Notes under the pieces: generated by a model | Database searches by the model: none | What the model saw: only the letters and a program-made list of their open reading frames with translations | Told to the model about the DNA's origin: nothing | Made by a program: the position numbers and the translations under genes | Shown here: piece after piece, positions 61,573-64,000 of the stretch | How the letters are laid out: each line of letters begins with the position of its first letter | Position numbering within the stretch: position 1 is the stretch's first letter | NCBI GenBank assembly: GCA_030647125.1 | Contig: JAUSKC010000017.1 | Coordinates: 12,664 to 76,663 of the forward strand | Reading direction: 5' to 3' | Origin: Nanobdellota archaeon | Lineage (GTDB): Archaea > Nanobdellota > Nanobdellia > Pacearchaeales > GW2011-AR1 | Length of the DNA stretch: 64,000 bases

Positions 61573-62832
61573 ATGAAAAAAATGGAAACAAAGAAACTTT
61601 TAGTTTCTTTTTTGGCTATCGCAAGTTTGTTAATTGTAGCAACTGCATTTGTAAGTGCTAACGAACTAGCTAGTGGTGTTTCAACCTTCATTGACAATGC
61701 TGGAGTAGATAATACTGGTATTGTTGCTGGAGATACAATGACTATTCAGGTTATATTCACATCTGATGTGAATGCATCTGATGTCACTGTTGAAGTTGAG
61801 TTAGAAGGCGATAAAGCTGACGCTCAAGTTGAGACAAGATATTTCGATGTTGAAAGCGGCCATAGATACACAAAGTTCTTGAACTTGAAAGTTCCTTACG
61901 AACTTAAAGATCAACTTAGTGATGACGCAACTTTGACTGTTAAAATATCTGGAGACGGCTTCGAAACTGAACAAGTTTACGATGTTAGAATCCAAAGACA
62001 ACCATATGAAGCTAGTGTTATGTCTGTATCTGCAGATCAAACAATAAGCGCTGGGGCAACTTTCCCTGTCGATATTGTTTTGAAAAACACAGGTTACAAT
62101 AACCTTGATGATGTTTATGTTACTGTTATGGTTCCAGAATTAGGACTTCAAAAATCAGCATATTTCGGAGATATTGTCTCTGTTGAATGTGATGATCAAT
62201 TTAGTTCTGTAGAGAACTATAATGTTGACGTTGACAGAAAATGTAATGAAGATGACGATGATAGTGTTGCAGGCAGAATCTTTTTGAATATGCCATACGA
62301 TGCTAAAGCCGGAGCTTATACATTGCAAGTTAAGGTTAAAAATGACGACACAACTACAAGCGCAAGCACACAATTTAATGTGCAAAACAATGTCGCTAAT
62401 GAAGTTGCTGTTGACAGCTCACAAAAATCTGTAGCTGAAGACGAGAACGCTGAGTTCAATTTGTTACTTGTTAACCCAACTAACCAAGTTAAGGTTTACA
62501 GAATAGTAACAGAATCAACAAGCGGTCTTTCTACAAGTACGGACACTTCCGTTGTTGCTGTTCCAGCAGGATCAAGCAAAAACGTTAGAATAATTGCTAG
62601 CGCACAAGATTCAGGAGAATATCAATTCACTACGAGTGTATTCTCTGGAGAGCAATTAGTTGAAAGCGTTCCTATGACTGTAAAAGTCAGTGGAAGTTCA
62701 GCTACAAGCAATCCTCTTGTAATCTTGACAGTAATATTGGCAATAATTTTTGTTGTATTGCTTATTGTATTAATTGTCTTGATGTCTAGAAAGCCAGAAA
62801 GAAGCGAAGAATTTGGAGAAAGTTACTACTAA
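61573..62832 (+). CDS. cell-surface (S-layer-like) protein with signal peptide and C-terminal membrane anchor
   Basis: N-terminal signal-like helix, beta-rich Thr/Ser/Val/Asp composition, and a C-terminal TM helix followed by a short charged tail. Confidence 0.55.
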   Translation: MKKMETKKLLVSFLAIASLLIVATAFVSANELASGVSTFIDNAGVDNTGIVAGDTMTIQVIFTSDVNASDVTVEVELEGDKADAQVETRYFDVESGHRYTKFLNLKVPYELKDQLSDDATLTVKISGDGFETEQVYDVRIQRQPYEASVMSVSADQTISAGATFPVDIVLKNTGYNNLDDVYVTVMVPELGLQKSAYFGDIVSVECDDQFSSVENYNVDVDRKCNEDDDDSVAGRIFLNMPYDAKAGAYTLQVKVKNDDTTTSASTQFNVQNNVANEVAVDSSQKSVAEDENAEFNLLLVNPTNQVKVYRIVTESTSGLSTSTDTSVVAVPAGSSKNVRIIASAQDSGEYQFTTSVFSGEQLVESVPMTVKVSGSSATSNPLVILTVILAIIFVVLLIVLIVLMSRKPERSEEFGESYY

Positions 62833-62888
62833 ATTTTTTAATTTTTATTTTTTCTTTTATAATTTTATTTTTTATGAGCTAGCGGGAG

Positions 62889-64000
62889 CTAAATCTTCAA
62901 ACTCGTAATCTTTGATATTCCGTCGTGCATGCTGACACCGTAAAGATTTGTTGCGTTTGAAATTACTTCGTCATTGTGAGTTATTATAATATACTGGCCT
63001 TTTTGCATGTACTTGTTCAATAAGTTGGCTAAACGCTCTGAATTTCTTTTATCCAACGCGGCATCAATTTCATCAAGAATGTAAAAGCAATACGGACGAA
63101 GTTCTTGTATTGCGAATATTAATGAAAGAGCAACCATTGTTTGCTCGCCGCCGGAGAGCGACGTGACGTCAAAATATTTTCCGTGACCAGTTTTAACCTG
63201 AATAGCAACGCCCGCTTCAAACGGATCTTTTTTATTTTCTAACTCAAGAGAAACAGCGCCTTTTGTTGATATCTGCGCAAAGTTTCGCGAAAAAATTTCA
63301 TTCAAATCCTCTAACGTCTTCAAAAATGTCTTTTTCTTTCTTATATCAATTTCATGAATTATTCTAAATATTCCATCTTTTTCTTTTGTTATTATTTCAA
63401 CTTTATTTTGAATCTGGTCATACTCCGCTTTTATTTCGTCGTAAACCTCAAGAGAACGCAAATTCACAGAACCAATTTTACTTAGTATGTCCTGAACATT
63501 TGCAAGTTTTTCAACCAGCGCTTCTCGCGCTAATTTTATTGGTTCAATACCAGAAAATTCAAGCATTTCAATTTCATAATTTTCAACTTCTGCATCGTAA
63601 CGCGCTTTTTCAATTTTAAAGTTATTAACATCTTGTTCAATAGTATAAACAACATTCTGCTTTTTTGAGATTTCTGTTTCAATCTCACGTATTTTGCTTT
63701 GCAAAGAATCTCTTTGAATAATAAAAGAGTTGAACTGTTTGCTTAAAGTATCTTCTTGCTTCTTCTTTTTTTCAAGAAGCTCTTCCTTTGATTCTATCGT
63801 TGATTTCAGAGAGCCAAGTTCCTCTTCTATTTCCTCTTCTTCACGCGCGATTTGTTTAACTTGAAGCTTTGCCCTTTCAAGTTCCCTTTGCTTAAATGAA
63901 ATTTCAGAATTAACGTTCTCTTCTGAACGCAATGAAATCTCTTGAACTTCAAGACGTGCAGTTTCATATTTATGTTCTATATCAGAATCATTCTCAAAGT
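62889..64000 (-). CDS. smc: SMC chromosome segregation ATPase, C-terminal part (the ORF continues past the window end)
   Basis: Coiled-coil, then LSGGEQTMVALSLIFAIQ (signature motif) and FYILDEIDAALD (Walker B). My translation of 63933-64000 stays open, so the track start is internal. Confidence 0.85.
   Translation of the reverse strand, partial: FENDSDIEHKYETARLEVQEISLRSEENVNSEISFKQRELERAKLQVKQIAREEEEIEEELGSLKSTIESKEELLEKKKKQEDTLSKQFNSFIIQRDSLQSKIREIETEISKKQNVVYTIEQDVNNFKIEKARYDAEVENYEIEMLEFSGIEPIKLAREALVEKLANVQDILSKIGSVNLRSLEVYDEIKAEYDQIQNKVEIITKEKDGIFRIIHEIDIRKKKTFLKTLEDLNEIFSRNFAQISTKGAVSLELENKKDPFEAGVAIQVKTGHGKYFDVTSLSGGEQTMVALSLIFAIQELRPYCFYILDEIDAALDKRNSERLANLLNKYMQKGQYIIITHNDEVISNATNLYGVSMHDGISKITSLKI

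Overview
This is an AT-rich archaeal chromosomal segment. The gene content is archaeal: RpoH, archaeal-type RpoB and RpoA, aEF-2, aEF-1alpha, DnaG primase, Kae1 and BHB-type tRNA introns. The compact, patchy style looks like a small-genome (DPANN-like) archaeon, but that lineage call is inference only.

The window has three blocks:
- **Block 1 (1-27 kb):** central-carbon genes (rpe, class I gap, pgk, rpiB, malic enzyme, tkt, tpiA, class I fba, a 2-hydroxyacid dehydrogenase, a PfkB kinase). These are interleaved with membrane and secreted ORFans, a HEPN/MNT toxin-antitoxin pair, and two tRNAs.
- **Block 2 (27.6-41 kb):** a contiguous dNTP-synthesis supercluster. It holds nrdR, class I nrdA plus a class Ic-like nrdB, an intein-bearing class III nrdD, nrdG, dut, dcd, a fused ThyA-like protein and an atypical thioredoxin.
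- **Block 3 (41-57 kb):** the conserved rpoH-rpoB-rpoA-nusA-rps12-rps7-fusA-tuf cluster, followed by dnaG, hicBA, surface proteins and smc.

The most unusual observations are:
- nrdD is cut by a single in-frame TAA, so the glycyl-radical loop sits on its own 51-aa ORF with its own Shine-Dalgarno sequence.
- Three tandem 36-38 bp palindrome-bearing repeats lie in front of nrdD.
- An NrdR regulator is present, with two NrdR-box-like sites 32 bp apart.
- rpoA is a single fused A'+A'' ORF.
- ORFans and a protein carrying bacterial sigma-70 region 4 are inserted inside the otherwise conserved translation and transcription operon.
- Short duplicated tRNA-end fragments lie next to tRNA-Ile(UAU) and tRNA-Lys.

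No rRNA genes, CRISPR arrays or transposases were seen. All calls come from reading the sequence and ORF translations and recalling motifs. No database search was run.
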